DNA of 64,000 bases from Felis catus (GCF_018350175.1 NC_058371.1:112778001-112842000), one strand, 5' to 3'. Positions 37,348-51,349 are shown, counted from the first letter of the stretch. Numbers and translations are program-made. The notes: a model not told the origin generated them from the sequence alone.

Positions 37348-40300
37348 GAGAAGTCTGAGAAAATGCACAGAGAAGAGAAATATGACCTACTTTACAGTGT
37401 TAGAAAGTAATGAAATATGTGGGAACTGTGATCTGAAGTTTCATGTGTCTTTTTAAAAATGTTGTATTTTCATGCAGTCTTAAACACCAAAGTGTTTTAG
37501 TATTCCCAGGGATAATGGAAACTATTTTATGATCATATTATCCATCTCTATATTAGCATTAGTTATAAATGATGTAAAATTTTTACTTAAGGCCTTTTGT
37601 TAAATTTTGTGAAGAAGGCTTGTTGCTTGTTGCTTTTGATGTTAGATGATAATTCTAAAGGTATCAGGATCCTATTGTCATTTACCTCCAAAGTCAACTC
37701 ACTCCAGATCTAAGAGTTGCTTTGCATACTTCCTTAAAAGAAGATTCTTTCAAGTTAGACCCTGGAGAAGCTGGTGGAGGGCGGGGAAGGGTGGGTGAAT
37801 ACTTAGGATGGCATAAAATAAGCATCCAATCAGTCTTTAGCCAACAAAGCAAAATGGAGCGTGGTACTATTCAGTTAATTCAAGAATTCATCTTTGCTTC
37901 AATGATCTGCACATTTTAGGTCTCAGTGTTTTCTGAAATGATCTAAACATTATCTCAGTGATCCACTTATTGTTCATGTATGGACCTAGGTGAGCTGAGC
38001 TGCCCTTTATTACTAAGAAGCGGACAAAGGTCCACAAATTTTCCTTTAGCTATTTACCTTTTCTTGTTCAATGTTCTAGTCCCTACCTTCAAATCTGCCT
38101 GCCCCCATTGACTTTCTACCGGCCTTTGTTAAAAGAGCACAGGCATTTACTTAGAAAAGTTACTACCTATACCACAGATATCATTTCTATTGATAACCTT
38201 AGAAACATCTGAACAAAAATGTAACATAGCTTTGTTGAAACGTTAAGGCTCATAACTTTGTCCTTTATCTATATTCTGATTGTGTGTGTAGACAGGCGGG
38301 TACAAATGGGTAACTTTTGGCAGTTACTCAGAGCTTAAATAGCATCCCTAATTATATGTAACTTTCAACAATTTTATTTTAGAAATAGATTAGTCCTTTT
38401 TAAAAACATTATTGCTCTAGAGTCAAAAATGAATTTGTAGTTTTAAGCTTGTTGAGCAAAAACCATTCCAAAGCATTGGGTCCATGTGAGTTCTCTTACG
38501 TTCAGGCTTCTGTGTTTTTCCTGATTCATTTCTGTACTGAGCACTCACCGTTTTCAGTTTTAGGGTTCTTTATCCTAGTATATTGGAATGACAAATATTT
38601 TTAGGAAAAACTTCTGTTTAATCAGTCACAGTGATTTTTCTAAAATTTAACTTTAAGGCTGTCTGCCCCCCAAAATGTACACGTGAAAATGATTTAAACT
38701 TACCTTTCCTGAGATAAATAAGGCATGCTGATTGCAAGCAGTTTTGCTGGATGAGTACTCATACACTTTTCTAAAACTTGTATTTCCTTCAGAATTTCCC
38801 ATTTTAGTATTTTTCCTTCTCAAGATTTTATAGCTAATTGCAAAATGATAAGGGGAATATCACTGATGGAATGTATTTTGGGAGAGGGGGCCTCATAGTT
38901 TTTACTTAGGTTTAGGATCACATATTTTAAGTGAAATAGGTGTAACTCCATTTTTTAAAGATAAATTTCGAATGTTTTAGCTCAACCCTTAATTTTATTA
39001 ACACTCATTCTTGGAGCTAATGTTTTGGTTTTTTATTTGATCCTTTGAGCTCTAAGACTGAATTTTTGAATTGACTATCCCTTAACTCTTAAGGAACAGT
39101 ATACATCTTTCTTTTAAGACTGTTGAAAAGACCCATGAAATGCATGGTTATTATATATCTTTGTTAAGAAAATATAGGCATTTACCTACAAAAGTGCACA
39201 CATACATAAAGATACTAAAGTGACTTTCAAAATATGAAACCTGATAGCCCATTATAGACCATTTCTTTTCTGTTTTTTGGTATTCGAAGAGCATCTTGCT
39301 CACCTAGACCTACTTTTAGACTTTGCTGCAAAATAGGTGCCAATTTAATTGACTGTGGCAATGTTTTTTTTTTTAAACTAGTTAAATAATACGATTTTAA
39401 TAAGCATTTTAAAACTGCAAAAATGGAACATTTAGTACTTGGACTTACCCCAATTATTAATAAATTTTTAAAAATCATATCGTTTACGATAGCCACAACC
39501 TTCAAGGTTTTCTGCCCATTCCTTCTACTCATCAGGTGTTGTTAATAAAACATAAAAAAAAATTTAAGATCCTAGGCCCACTCTAACTGGGGTAATTGAC
39601 TTTTTCAGGTGTAGTGAGTTCAGTGGAACTAAATGCTTTGAAGTTGAGAATTTTATGATCTTGTTTTAGGAGGCTCGATGGGGAAAAAAGGGCTAGATGA
39701 AAAGGGTTACTCCAGAAACCTTTTTTTTTTTTTAAATGCGTGAGGCTTCTATTGAAGTCTTTGGGTGTGTTAAGCATTTAAAAACTTAACTAGCAGTGGT
39801 TATCATTACAATAAGAGGGAAGGAAGCCCAGTAAAGGGACTTTAAATATCCAGGTCTATAGTTGCCTCTCAATTTTATGACTGTTCGACAGACTTGATTT
39901 AAAGATCTTTAAAAAGTAAGGTAGATTTTCTTTATTCTCAAGTAATGATCCTAATAGTTGATACGTAGTTGTTTACTAATTGCAAGTATTCTTTTAAAAT
40001 GTTTTGCATATGTTAACTGTTCCATCCTCCCAACCACCCTTTGATGTATTATCTTTTTGATTTTTTTTACAACAGGAAATGAGGCTCAGTGTGCTTATAC
40101 AAGTTGAGGGTTAAAAAGAGAAGAAATGGGCTCCAGCCCCACTGATGAGTTTGTCACTGAGGCCTCAATCATCCCCTTATTTGAACTCAATAAGTAACGC
40201 ACTTGAAAACTTGCAGCACTGTAAACATGTCAGGAACTTGTGGTTTTAGTCAATGATCTCCCAAGTGCCTCTTAGCTTCTAAATCCTGAACACATAAGGC

Positions 40301-41039
40301 CAGAATACGAAAACACCTATAAATGTTGTAATGAGCATAATGAACATAAACTATATAGATAAATAAGTAATTTAATCATTAGGAAATATTTCCTGAACGT
40401 TACTTGTTCATCTAGCAACACTTTCATAAGTGGAGAAAGCCTGTCACCTTTATCGATGTTCCTATCCTAAAATAGTCCAATTTTGTCTCAAACTATGACA
40501 CACAGATTTGGAACCTTTCTTATAAAGCATGCTTTCTGTCTGATTCTCTTCCATGAGACTCATACTCTCTCAGCTTGGTTCTAGACTCTGGGAGTCTGTT
40601 TCCACCTGCCGCTGCCTCCAGCCATGCTTTCTTCCAGGCAGATTTTTGTAGCTATTGGTAAAGAGCCACCCACTGTGGACAGAGGAAGAAAAAAAAATGT
40701 GTGGGTCAGGGATGGCCTTATTCTTCGAGGTCAGTTCCTGCAGTGTGAAGAAGTGAAGAGTACATTTATTTGTTTTGCTTATGAGTTTTAAATTCTTTAT
40801 CTCATTCGAAAGTGAGAAATATGGGAAAAAGAAATGAAATCATTAGAAAATGTAAAGATCCAGGAAATAAAACATCTTTAATTCTTATCCAGAGGCATCC
40901 ACTGTTGTTTTGCCACATTTCCTCCAGCCTTGTTTCCAAGTTTTTTACATACTTTAAATGATTCAGTACTTACCATTGGCAGACTGAGTTTCTTATTATG
41001 TGCCAGGGACTGCTGGGCGCTTATATTTACATACCATCT

Positions 41040-41620
41040 CATTACAAATTTTTATGTTGCTGATGTCCCTCTTTACATTATAAACATCTCACTGAAACCT
41101 CCATAAGTACATTTTCCAGTGGCAACTTAATATTTTATTGCTTGAGCTTCAGTTAATTTAGATAACCATTGCCTTATTGTTGAACATGTTAAGTTTCTAG
41201 TATTTTGCTGTTAGAACTAGTGCTCTGATTATATATTAATTTTTTTTACTTATCTGATAATTTTCTTTGTATAAATCTAAACTATAGCATCCAGGGGAAT
41301 TACTCTTTTTAAGGTTCAAGATACCTAGAGCCTGGCTGATGTCTAGAAAAGTTGAATCAATTTACACTCCAGCAAGGAAGAACAGTTTTCACATCTTTCT
41401 TAGCACCGAAGATGATCACCTTTACAAAATCTTTGATAAGTTAATATAAAATGCGATGTCCCATTGCTTTAATTTATATTTCTTTTATTTCTATCGAGAT
41501 TCAAAAATTTTATTTGGGTTTATTTTCCACTTGCTTTTGTAAATTATCTGTACCAGGCCTTTCCTGGTTAACTATTGTTTGCTTACCCTTGGGATATATT
41601 AAGGATATTAGCTTTTGTCC
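41040..41620 (-). mobile_element. Old L1ME-type fragment
   Basis: Decayed L1M 3' motifs (AGAAAAGTTGAATCAATTTACACTCC, CATTGCTTTAATTTATATTTC). Confidence 0.55.
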
Positions 41621-41969
41621 AGCATGACTACTTTGTTGTGAATAATTTCTTCTCTAGAGTGACTTCTGTGACCCTAGTACACTAAATTTCCATAGCTGGG
41701 AACAGATCTAACAACTACTTTAGTATATGAAATAGAAATGTATTTTCCATCACACTCTGAATTAAGGGCAACAACTGTGCTGATCTCTTTATAATAACCT
41801 GTAAGTCAACAGCCCCAGGGAGGAAGGGAGAGAGGAGAGAAGACTGGGAGACTGGGCTCCTGTTCAATGTGGAGAGAGAAGGAGTAGTCTCTTGGACTTC
41901 CTGCTAATTTTTGGACTCTCTTATTTGCATTTATTTTTCAGTTTTCCACAGGTGTGGTGATGAGTATCC

Positions 41970-42265
41970 ACTGTGGTATTATAGTGTGGTGGTTAAGCAC
42001 ATTGACTCTGGAACCAGTGTATGTATCTGCGTTCAAGCCCTACTTTTGAACCACTTAGCAGCCGAGTGACCATCTTATTAGCAGATTAATTAGCACCTCT
42101 GCTTCAGTTCCCTCATCTCTAAATTGGGAGATGATAATAGCATTAGTATTGGGGGTGATAATGATGGAATCTACTTTAGCAGGTTGTGAGAATTAGACAA
42201 TTTATTATACCTTAAGCCCTTAGAACAGTGTCCAGGACTGTATGTGATATTTAGTATACCTTTAT
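41970..42265 (+). mobile_element. MIR
   Basis: GTGTGGTGGTTAAGCAC...CTCTGCTTCAGTTCCCTCATCTCTAAATTGGG...GTTGTGAGAATTA. Confidence 0.75.
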
Positions 42266-43098
42266 TGTTGTCTGCACCACAGACTCTATGGGATCAAAAG
42301 GGAAAAAGAAGTCATAATTAAATTCCTGTGTAACTGAGGTAACCCGAAATGGCTGTGCAATCAGTCCTCCGAATATGACAAAAAAAGCCCATTACCTGGG
42401 AGCCACTACCAAGGTAGAGGTGTTGAGGGAAAAAAGAAGAAAAAGTATGACATCAACTTTGCTATCAAGAAATCTGTAATTTGAAAGATCCCAGCAAGAG
42501 AAAGCATTGTTAATATATATGTGGTTTAAAAAAAAAGTGTGGAGGCCAACTCTACCATGAATGTTTGGAACTTTTCAGAAGCTATGCTTTATCTTCAATC
42601 ACGTGTAACAGTGTGAAATACAGACAGTCCTCGTAACAGACACTGATTACTAATTTATTTCCTATAAAACACCTGAGATTATCTCATTTAATAATTTATT
42701 CATCGAAAGTGTGATAGTGTCTTTATTATGTTACACTAAAGGTAAAATCATTCCATATTAATAAGTGAAATGATAGTGGCTAAAAACGTTGGCATTATGA
42801 GCTTGCAAGTTTGTGCTTCAAGTAAGTCTTTTGTCCTTGCTCAATGATTTTTTTTTTTTATTTCAATAAGAGAAGCATGGCTGTTTGGTTTCTTAGCAAA
42901 GTAAAATAAGCAAGCATCACACATCAATCTTCTCTTATGCACCTGAATGGCAGTGAGCTTGTGGTCGAGAAACTTAAGTGGAATCCTTTCTTTAAGGTTC
43001 CCAGTTTTCTCATTCTTGAGACAAGAAAGTCCATTAGAGGTTCTCAGGGGATGTGAGGATTTTACTTCCATGTGCTTATTCCTTCCTGTCTTAGCTTC

Positions 43099-43519
43099 AG
43101 TTGAAGGAGGTCATTGAGAGCACATGACTGCTTCTCAACCCTCAAACTGGACCTGGGCATTTGGAAGATTCTCCTTCCCCCACCCTTGCTTTTGAGAGAT
43201 GTATGTTCTTCCCATTGTTCCCATACTAGACGCTACTTCAGGGACACAGCCTTGAGACAGGAATGTGTTGAGACCATCTGGACTGTATTTGTGACTGAAC
43301 CCTGTGAAGGCCTTTATACAAACTCTTAAGATTCTGGCGGGCAGGTGTAGAGATCTTCTTGTCTTGCAGCCTCTGAAGACAAGCCTCATACATAAATCCC
43401 CTTGTTTATTAAAACTGCTACCTACCAATCTGGAGTGATCTGCCTCTTTCTTCGGTCTCCATGCATAGAGGACCAGTTTGGAATTTCACCCGGAGAATTC
43501 CTGCAGTCACAAACCAACA
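43099..43519 (+). mobile_element. ERV solo LTR, same family as 7389-7782
   Basis: Shares GGAGGTCATTGAG, TGTTGAGACCA, TGTGACTGAACCC, GTGTAGAGATC and terminal AAACCAACA; near-TSD GCTTC/GCTCC. Confidence 0.8.
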
Positions 43520-43815
43520 GCTCCCCATCCAGGCCTGGAGTTCGCATTTGCAGTGGGCAGCTTATGTACCTCTCTTTGTGATGGCAGCACAGGTAAAGCG
43601 TGCCGTGCTGTTAGAGGGGTTTTATAACTAACCTCTAAGGTAATGATACTTAAGTTATAAGTGGACTGTCCCCCTGGGCCCCTGTCAACTATAGAGACAT
43701 TCTTCTTTCAGACCTAGTGTTGTAGATTCTTGGAATTTGTGGTTTTGACAGTAGCAGTTATACGTGGAGAATGACCCAAGGGCCCAGGAAATGAAGCAAT
43801 TTTTAAAAACTTTTT

Positions 43816-44032
43816 TGGGGTGGCTCAGTCGGTTAAGAGTCCAACTTCGGTTCAGGTCACGATCTCATAGTTCATGAGTTCGAACCCCGCGTCAGGCTCT
43901 GTGCTGACAGCTCGGAGCCTGGAGCCCGCTTTGGATTCTGTGTCTCCCTCTCTCTCTCTCCCTTTCCCCAGCTCATGCTCGCACTCTGTCTCTGTCAAAA
44001 ATAAATAAACTTAAAAAAAAATTTAAAAAAAA
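43816..44032 (+). mobile_element. CAN-SINE (SINEC)
   Basis: Slightly 5'-truncated; TSD AAACTTTT. Confidence 0.95.
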
Positions 44033-45649
44033 AGAAACTTTTCTGGGGTCAAATTTGAGAAGCATTTGTTTGTCAGAGCAGTTATGCTGTGCTCTCTCTT
44101 ATTGTCCTGTAGGTAGGAATTCTCATGAAGAGTAGATACTATGTGGTCATGAAAAATGGCCCCACAAAGGAGTATAACACTTTGTACCGACATGAAAGTT
44201 AAGAGTAAGAGGTCTAGGAACATCATGATGCTTAATCAGAAAAAATAAATGGTTGTATGGAATTTTCTAGATTAAAGGAGTATTCTTCAAACTGTTTTGC
44301 GTACATCCCTCTAAAAGAAGTTTCAAAAATGATGTACTGCCTGACACATTTAAATTTTTTCATTATAAGTTGAATTAAATTCTTAATAGAGATAGAATAA
44401 ATAAGGCGAGGATTAGCTAGTTAGAATAAATATTTTCTGATGTGCTGACAGGGTTACCTACTTTATTTAATAATGCACAGTGAATCTGAAATCACATAAA
44501 CATTTTTCTAGATGGTTTTATTCAATTGATGGCTCCAAAAAACATGTCATATTCCACATAAAAAGAATCAATGGCACTAACCATTATTGTTGCTGGTTGT
44601 TCTGAATTCAGAACATTTCAATGTCCATTATGTAAAGGTTCTAAACAGAAGGGGGAAAATGGATATTATCTTTCTGCCTCATATCATTGTTCATTTTTAC
44701 TTTTTTGGGGGGAGCTAGAAGGAAAGACCTAGGTAGGTTATCAAGTATCTTTTTAACTATGTTTTCTTGCCTGCAGAAAAGGTTATAGATAGCATTCCCA
44801 CATGTGTTGTGGTCATTAAGACTAGTTTCCTAACTGGGGAAAGCAATTTCTTCTTAACTTGGTCATCTACTGTCAGAACCTGAGGACTTTCTTAAGAAGT
44901 CCCCTTCAGTCCATTCCACTTGGGTTGGCTCTGATTGTTGAAGGCTCTTCTACATATTGACCTGAAAGTTGTGTCCCTCCATTATGCTTCTATTAGCCCT
45001 AGTGCTGACCCTACCTGTATTTAATAACCAAGTCCACATGACCATGGTGTATGCATTTGAAAATTGCTATTACTTCCTCTCTAGGCTTTCTTTTCTAAGC
45101 CAATTCTCACATCATTTGCAGTCCACTCATAATCCACATGGATACTTCTGAGAAATCAAAAATTAAGACTCGCACACTTTTGGTTTGGACAATTAAATGT
45201 GACCGACCAGTAGACTGCTAATAAATTTATTAAAATTGGGTACATATACATTAACATGAGCAAGTCTGTAATAGAGAATAATGGTGGAGGAAGAGGGGAT
45301 TATAATTCTAATCCACTAGAATCCTTGTGGTCCTTTGGAACATTACAAAGCTTCTGTTTTTTACATGGCATTTTGGAGATTTTAAGGATTCTTACCAGAA
45401 AACCACCAGGGTTATCTTGAGTTGTGGTGGTTTTTGATTACTGCCCATACATTCACGGAAATACTTTTGCAGAAATACTTTTTTGAACCCGTATGTTGTG
45501 ATTGCTGATATTGTTTGTGATTGCATCGTTTTGGTTGGTACTTGGTTCTTCTCCAATTCTTTGTAATTATTGAGTTGTTTTTCTACTGAAGAGGGTAGTT
45601 TGGGGTAAAAAAAAGTTTGAGAACCATGCTGTGTCCTTAATCCTTATGC

Positions 45650-45800
45650 AGGTATTTGGGCCAGACTCATTTGGAGGAGGTTGTTTCTCTTCAGAATACA
45701 CATGTGCAGGCTTCATGTCAGGGATTCAGAATGAGTAGGTCTGTGGAGGGGCCCAGGTACTGTGAAAAGACTCCCCAGGTAATTCTTACAATTGCCTTAG
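45650..45800. mobile_element. MER5-like hAT fossil
   Basis: GATTCAGAATGAGTAGGTCTGTGGAGGGGCCCAGG...CTCCCCAGGTAATTCT. Confidence 0.6.
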
Positions 45801-46875
45801 CAAGTACTGCTCTGGATGATGCTGACTCCATCCTACATTCTTTGGGTTTGTCTTCTCAGACCAGTGATTCCCCAAACTGAACTTCTTCAGTTCCCCTGCT
45901 CTACTTCCTTTGTTACCTCCCTCGGGACAGGATGTCACTGTTCAACACCATTGTTTCCCTCCCCACAAGCCCTGTGTGGTCTGGCTCTTGGTTCCATTGC
46001 TCTTAGTTCACTGCCATGGCCACTATTCCTTCAGACCCCCACCTTACTTTGTGTTCCCTTACTCTATTCTCTTAGTCTTTCAACACTAAGTTGCAGATCC
46101 CATCCTGTCACTCCTGTGGTACAAACCTTCAGTGGTTTCCCATGGTCTGTATGACAACTCCACATTGTTTCGATTGGTTTGAAAGGCCATTCAAATATGG
46201 GTCCAAATCACCTTCCTTCATCCCACACCTGTGTATTCAAATGCAAATTAAAAATCACTGGTCCTCCCCACCCATCAGAATCCATTGGGTCTTCCTTTGT
46301 GGTTTTCTGGCATTTGACTCATAAATAGATTAGTATTTTTTCTTCTAGCTTTGAAATCCATGCCTATCACAGAATTTGGCATATAGTTGCAGTCTGTGTG
46401 TTGAGGAGACGAATGCATATATGTATGGATCCTCAAGCCTGTTCATTCACATTCAAATGTATCTGATTTATTATCCAGTATACTTTATATTGTCCTTAAG
46501 TGAATTCTGGGACACTGTCCAGTGCGATATTGAAACAATAATAAAAATACTTATCTGATTTTATTTTTAAGAAAAAAAGGTATTAATTTATCATGACCAA
46601 TTCTTAGTGAAACTGTGCTAATTGTTGGGGATTATTAGTTCTTTACCAGGCACTCAAACCATCTACTCTAATCAGAAAGAAGTCCAAAGACTTACCTACA
46701 ATGAGGGGTGGGTGGGACTGTGTGCACAAGGAACAAAGATCAGGAAGAAAATAATACAAAATGATTAAAGGTAATTGTTTGTATAAAGATGGCAAAGTGG
46801 TGGTTATTTCTCCTTTTGCTCTTCCAGTTTTCTATAATCTTTTTAATATTCTGAATACACAAGGGTGGTGGGGAT

Positions 46876-47082
46876 TTTTTAAGCTTAAATGAGACCGAAG
46901 GAGAGAGAGAGAGCATGAGCAGGGAAGGGTAGAGAAGGGGGAGTGGGGATAGAGAGAATCCCAAGCAGTCTCCACACTGTCAGCACAGAGCCTGAAGCGG
47001 GTCTCAGACTCATGAACCGTGAGGTCATGGCCTGAGCTGAAACCAAGAATGACGCTTAACAGACTGAGCCGCCCCGGCCCCC
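46876..47082 (-). mobile_element. CAN-SINE (older)
   Basis: Reverse-complement consensus. Confidence 0.9.
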
Positions 47083-48303
47083 CTCTGGGTAGTGTGATTA
47101 TGCCTGTGGTCTTACTCCCATTTTTCTGCATTAACTGTAGAGTATTTACTATTTTATAATAGGACTATCATTTTACAAGGATGTATTTAGTATTAGGTAA
47201 CAAACACTTCCTTAAAAACTAATGCATTTTTTAACAAATATTTCAAAAAGCAGTACAGTTAAACATAAACACAATTTGTAAGGACACTGAACTGCACAAT
47301 CTTACTTGAAATAAATACACTTTCTCAGATTAAGCTAGAGGTGAGCCATCCTATTGATGTCACAATAAGTTTCCTTCTCTTTCTCCAATTGTAAATTATT
47401 AAGTTCGATTATGTTTTAGTCAGAAGGGGTAATACATCTTTAAGCAGGGGTTGGGGAGTTGATAAAAGACATTAGTTTCACTTTAACATTACAACTTTTA
47501 TGCATGGGCTTCAGGAAGGTATCTAATAGGGCAAAGGTTCCCCAGGGACAATAGTCCTCTAATCTAATAGAGATAAAAGATTAAACATAAACCTGTCCCC
47601 AGAGAGAAAAAAAATGAACACGATAATTGGCTTAGGGACCTTGTGGCACCTGGAAACAGATGCTGCACACATACCTGGAATACATCATTAACAAATATAT
47701 CCAGAATTGCAGAATTCCTGGAAGATTGTATTTCATTTAAAGGCGCTAGAAGGATTTTGTTAGTCTGAAATGAAGGTTTTAAGGGTGAGTCTAGTGCACA
47801 GGCCAAGGCTCTGTGGGTCCAGAGAACCTGGTGTGTCTTTATCTGGTGAGAAGTTCTAGGGATGAGGTTAGCAAGACTGTGACAGCTTTTTCAAAGGACT
47901 GCTTTGTAGAGGACATCTTATCAGTCCTGGGCATTGCTTTGAATCCTTGCTTCTTTTGGACTTCCTCTTATAAAAAGATGGGGGATTGCCATTTGAATAC
48001 AGGAAAAGTAGTCTTTTGTGGTTTTTTTGGTTTTTGTTTGTTTGTTTGTTTGTTTTTTATGTTACCTGTATTTAGGAAGACCTGCCATTCATTCCACACT
48101 AGTCTTTTCCTCTCCATTGTCTCGACCAACAAACAAAAGGCCACAGGAGAGGGGACAGGGAGGTTAGAGGAGAATGGTTGCAAATCATATGGGCTATAGT
48201 TTTTAAAAATCTCTGTAAATGATTTGATCTTTTTATTTTATCATTTCTATAAATTTAGGAAAAGTTTTGCTCATAAGCTATAGATAACTTAAATATTCTT
48301 TTT

Positions 48304-48512
48304 GGGAGTGCCTGGGTGGCTCAGTCGGTTAAGCGTCCGACTTCGGCTCAGGTCATGATCTCACAGTTCATGAGTTTGATCCCCATGTCGGGCTCGGTGC
48401 TGACAGCTCAGAGCCTGGAGCCTGCTTTGGATTCTATGTCTCCTTCTCTCTCTGCCCCTCCCCTGCTCGCCCTCTGTCTCTCTCTCAAAAATAATAAACA
48501 TTTAAAAAAATA
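48304..48512 (+). mobile_element. CAN-SINE (SINEC)
   Basis: TSD AAATATTCTTT/AATATATTCTTT. Confidence 0.95.
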
Positions 48513-48761
48513 TATTCTTTCCAGATGTAAGAAAACAAACAATAGGTAGAAATATCCTACAGGAGCAAAAAAGAATACTAAGGAAAATATTGGATACTTA
48601 CTATGTGTTAGGTATATTAGACTTGATTATTTTTAAGAGTGTTATTTCCCAAAAGATATTTTTTTTGAAGTAAATTTAAAAATTTAATCTGCTGAACATT
48701 TGTGACTTTCTTCTGTAACCTGAGAATAAAAGGTATATTTATCTCTTTTCAGGTAATTAAA

Positions 48762-48956
48762 AAAAATTTTTAATGTTTATTTATTTTTAAGAGAGACAGG
48801 GGAGAGGGGCAGAGACAGACACACAGAATGTGAAACAGTCTCCAGGCTCTGAGCTGTCAGCACAGAACCCAACGTGGGGCTCTAACCCACAAACCCTGAG
48901 ATTATGACCTGAGCCAAAGTTGGACACTCAACCCACTAAGCCACCCAGGTGCCCCT
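48762..48956 (-). mobile_element. CAN-SINE (SINEC)
   Basis: TSD TCAGGTAATT. Confidence 0.95.
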
Positions 48957-49006
48957 CAGGTAATTTTTTTTTAAGGAAGCTTTCTCCTATTATAGAAATA
49001 TATTTT

Positions 49007-49236
49007 AGGGGGTGCCTGGGTGGCTCAGTCAGTTGAGTGATGGACTTCAGCTCAGGTCATGATCTCACCATTTGTGAGTTTGAGCCCCGTGTCAGGCTCT
49101 GTGCTGACAGCTCAGAGCCTGGAGCCTGCTTCAGATTCTGTGTCTCCCTCTCTCTCTGCCCCTCCCCTGCTCATGCTCTGTCTCTCTCTGTCTCAGAAAT
49201 AAATAAACATTAAAAAAAAAAAAAAAAAGAAAGAAA
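49007..49236 (+). mobile_element. CAN-SINE (SINEC)
   Basis: Full length; TSD about AGAAATRTATTTT. Confidence 0.95.
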
Positions 49237-49660
49237 TGTATTTTTTTTAATTTTGGAAACCACCCCAAAAGAAAGCATACGTAGTTTCATAGTCTAGAAC
49301 AACATGTTTATATCAGTCTAATATCAAAATTACAATATACTAAGCATAAAATGTTGTGACTTACACAATCTCTGTGGATATGTAGATGCAGTTTCTGCCA
49401 GGAGAGAGTAAGGTCCATATGATTGTATTTGATTTTTTAAAACATCAAGACAAAAAGTTAAATATTATAAACTTTTGATAAGCTTAAAACATTCAGACAA
49501 ATTTCCACATACTATAAATGCTTGATAAGTATTTACATTTATTTTGAAAATAAGCTTAAATTGTAGTACTATATAATATGAATATTGTGGTGATTTAAAA
49601 AATAAACCCTTACTACTAGTTGAGCTTTTTTTTTTTTTTTAATCAAGCAAATGTTGATGC

Positions 49661-49663
<3 letters not shown>

Positions 49664-49704
<41 letters not shown>
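49664..49704. repeat. (CT)n microsatellite flanked by a 13-bp direct repeat
   Basis: About 20 CT units; GATGCTAATCTCT at 49656 and 49717. Confidence 0.95.
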
Positions 49705-49710
<6 letters not shown>

Positions 49711-51349
49711 CTTTTCGATGCTAATCTCTTCTTTAGTTCTGCTATGACAAGAAGTGGTCAGTGATGTAACTGATGGCTGGGCTCAGATTGTAAATGTTAT
49801 TTCATGTGAATAATTCAGGCAAACCAGACAGTTGTTTTTTTTGAACTGGCATTACATAGATGAAATAATACTCACAATGGAAAACTACATGGAACAAAAA
49901 ACAAAAAAAAAAAAAGATTACTATGGTTTTGAGAATTATATCATGGCTAAAGAATAGCCATGTTTGGCCTCAGAGATCTAAGAGTTCCTCATCTGACTAC
50001 TAAACTTTCTGTGGAGAATATTTCTTCCCCACAAAGCATTTGGTGTCCAGAAGTTCCCTTTTTTCTCAGTAATGCTGGAGGCAGAAGGTATAGGGACTCT
50101 GAGGCTGGTACTCACAGTGGTGTACAGAAAATAACAAAACACGGTGTAGCTGAATGGCTTTTCCAGGATGAGATTTTACTTAGTGGAAAGAATGCACAGG
50201 CTCTTTTTTTGTTTGTTTATAGTTTGTCATATCTAGACACACTGTAATAGATCTAAGCTGTTTTCATTGGGTAGCTACAGCATAACAGCTCCAATGTCTG
50301 CTTTATATGCAAAGTCAAGGGCATTTGGAATATAGCAGTTTCCCCAAGTAGCCTATAAATTTTGTTTTCATTGATCTGGGGCCAGACCATCAATAGCTTG
50401 CCAGTTGTCTTTAATAGTTAGCTTAAATTGTTTTTCGTGTGGAAATGAAAAGTAATGCTCGTGTTTTCTCAGGAGTTCAGCTGAGTTTAAAGGTTTAGTA
50501 TTTCGAAAAAGAAAAATAAATAAATAAAATACAGGTTTAGTATTTCTACCCCCTTTTCTGAAATTTATGTGTATATTGTTTTGCTTCATCAATTAAATTA
50601 TATGCACCTAGAGGCCAGGAATTATTGAGATTTACATATAATCTTTGTTTTTTCCTGAAGATTTTACTTATGTAGAGAATATTAGGATTCATTTTGATAA
50701 TGCAAAAATATGTATTGTCACAGAAATATTTTAAAAGCAATAAACTTCATTCAGTTGTGATTTCTTCTTTCAGTGGATAGGCCTGGACTAAGTAAGTTTA
50801 AGTAACATTGTAGAAAATGTAGGAAACCACAAATAAGCAAAAATAAGAAAATAAATGTTACCTTGAGATAAACACTAACATTTTGGTGCTAATTTTTTGA
50901 AAACTTTCTTCCACTTGTTCTATTTCTCTTTTTAACAAAAAACATAATCATAGAATTCATACCATGTTTTTCTATAACCTGACATTTTTCTTAATATAGA
51001 ATGGAAATTTTTCTGTGTTGTTAAGTATTTCCCTCACCAAACTGTAAATGGGAGAATTATGTTTCTTCATTGTGATGTTCCAGCTACCATGTGAAAAGTT
51101 AGAGAACACATGTCACTCTTTTCAGTCGGTGTATTATTTGTTTTGTTATTTTTAGAAGGAAAAACTAGTAGCTTTAAAAGTGCAAAAAGAATACATTGAA
51201 TAATAGTACTAAAATGGTTTTAAATTTGATCAGTGGAATAAAAATACTATACATTTCAGATTATTTCCTTCCATGGGTTATGTCCTCTTTGGATAATAAT
51301 CCTCAGTTTGCTATGTAGTATATACCCGCCAATCAAGGAACTATGTTGA

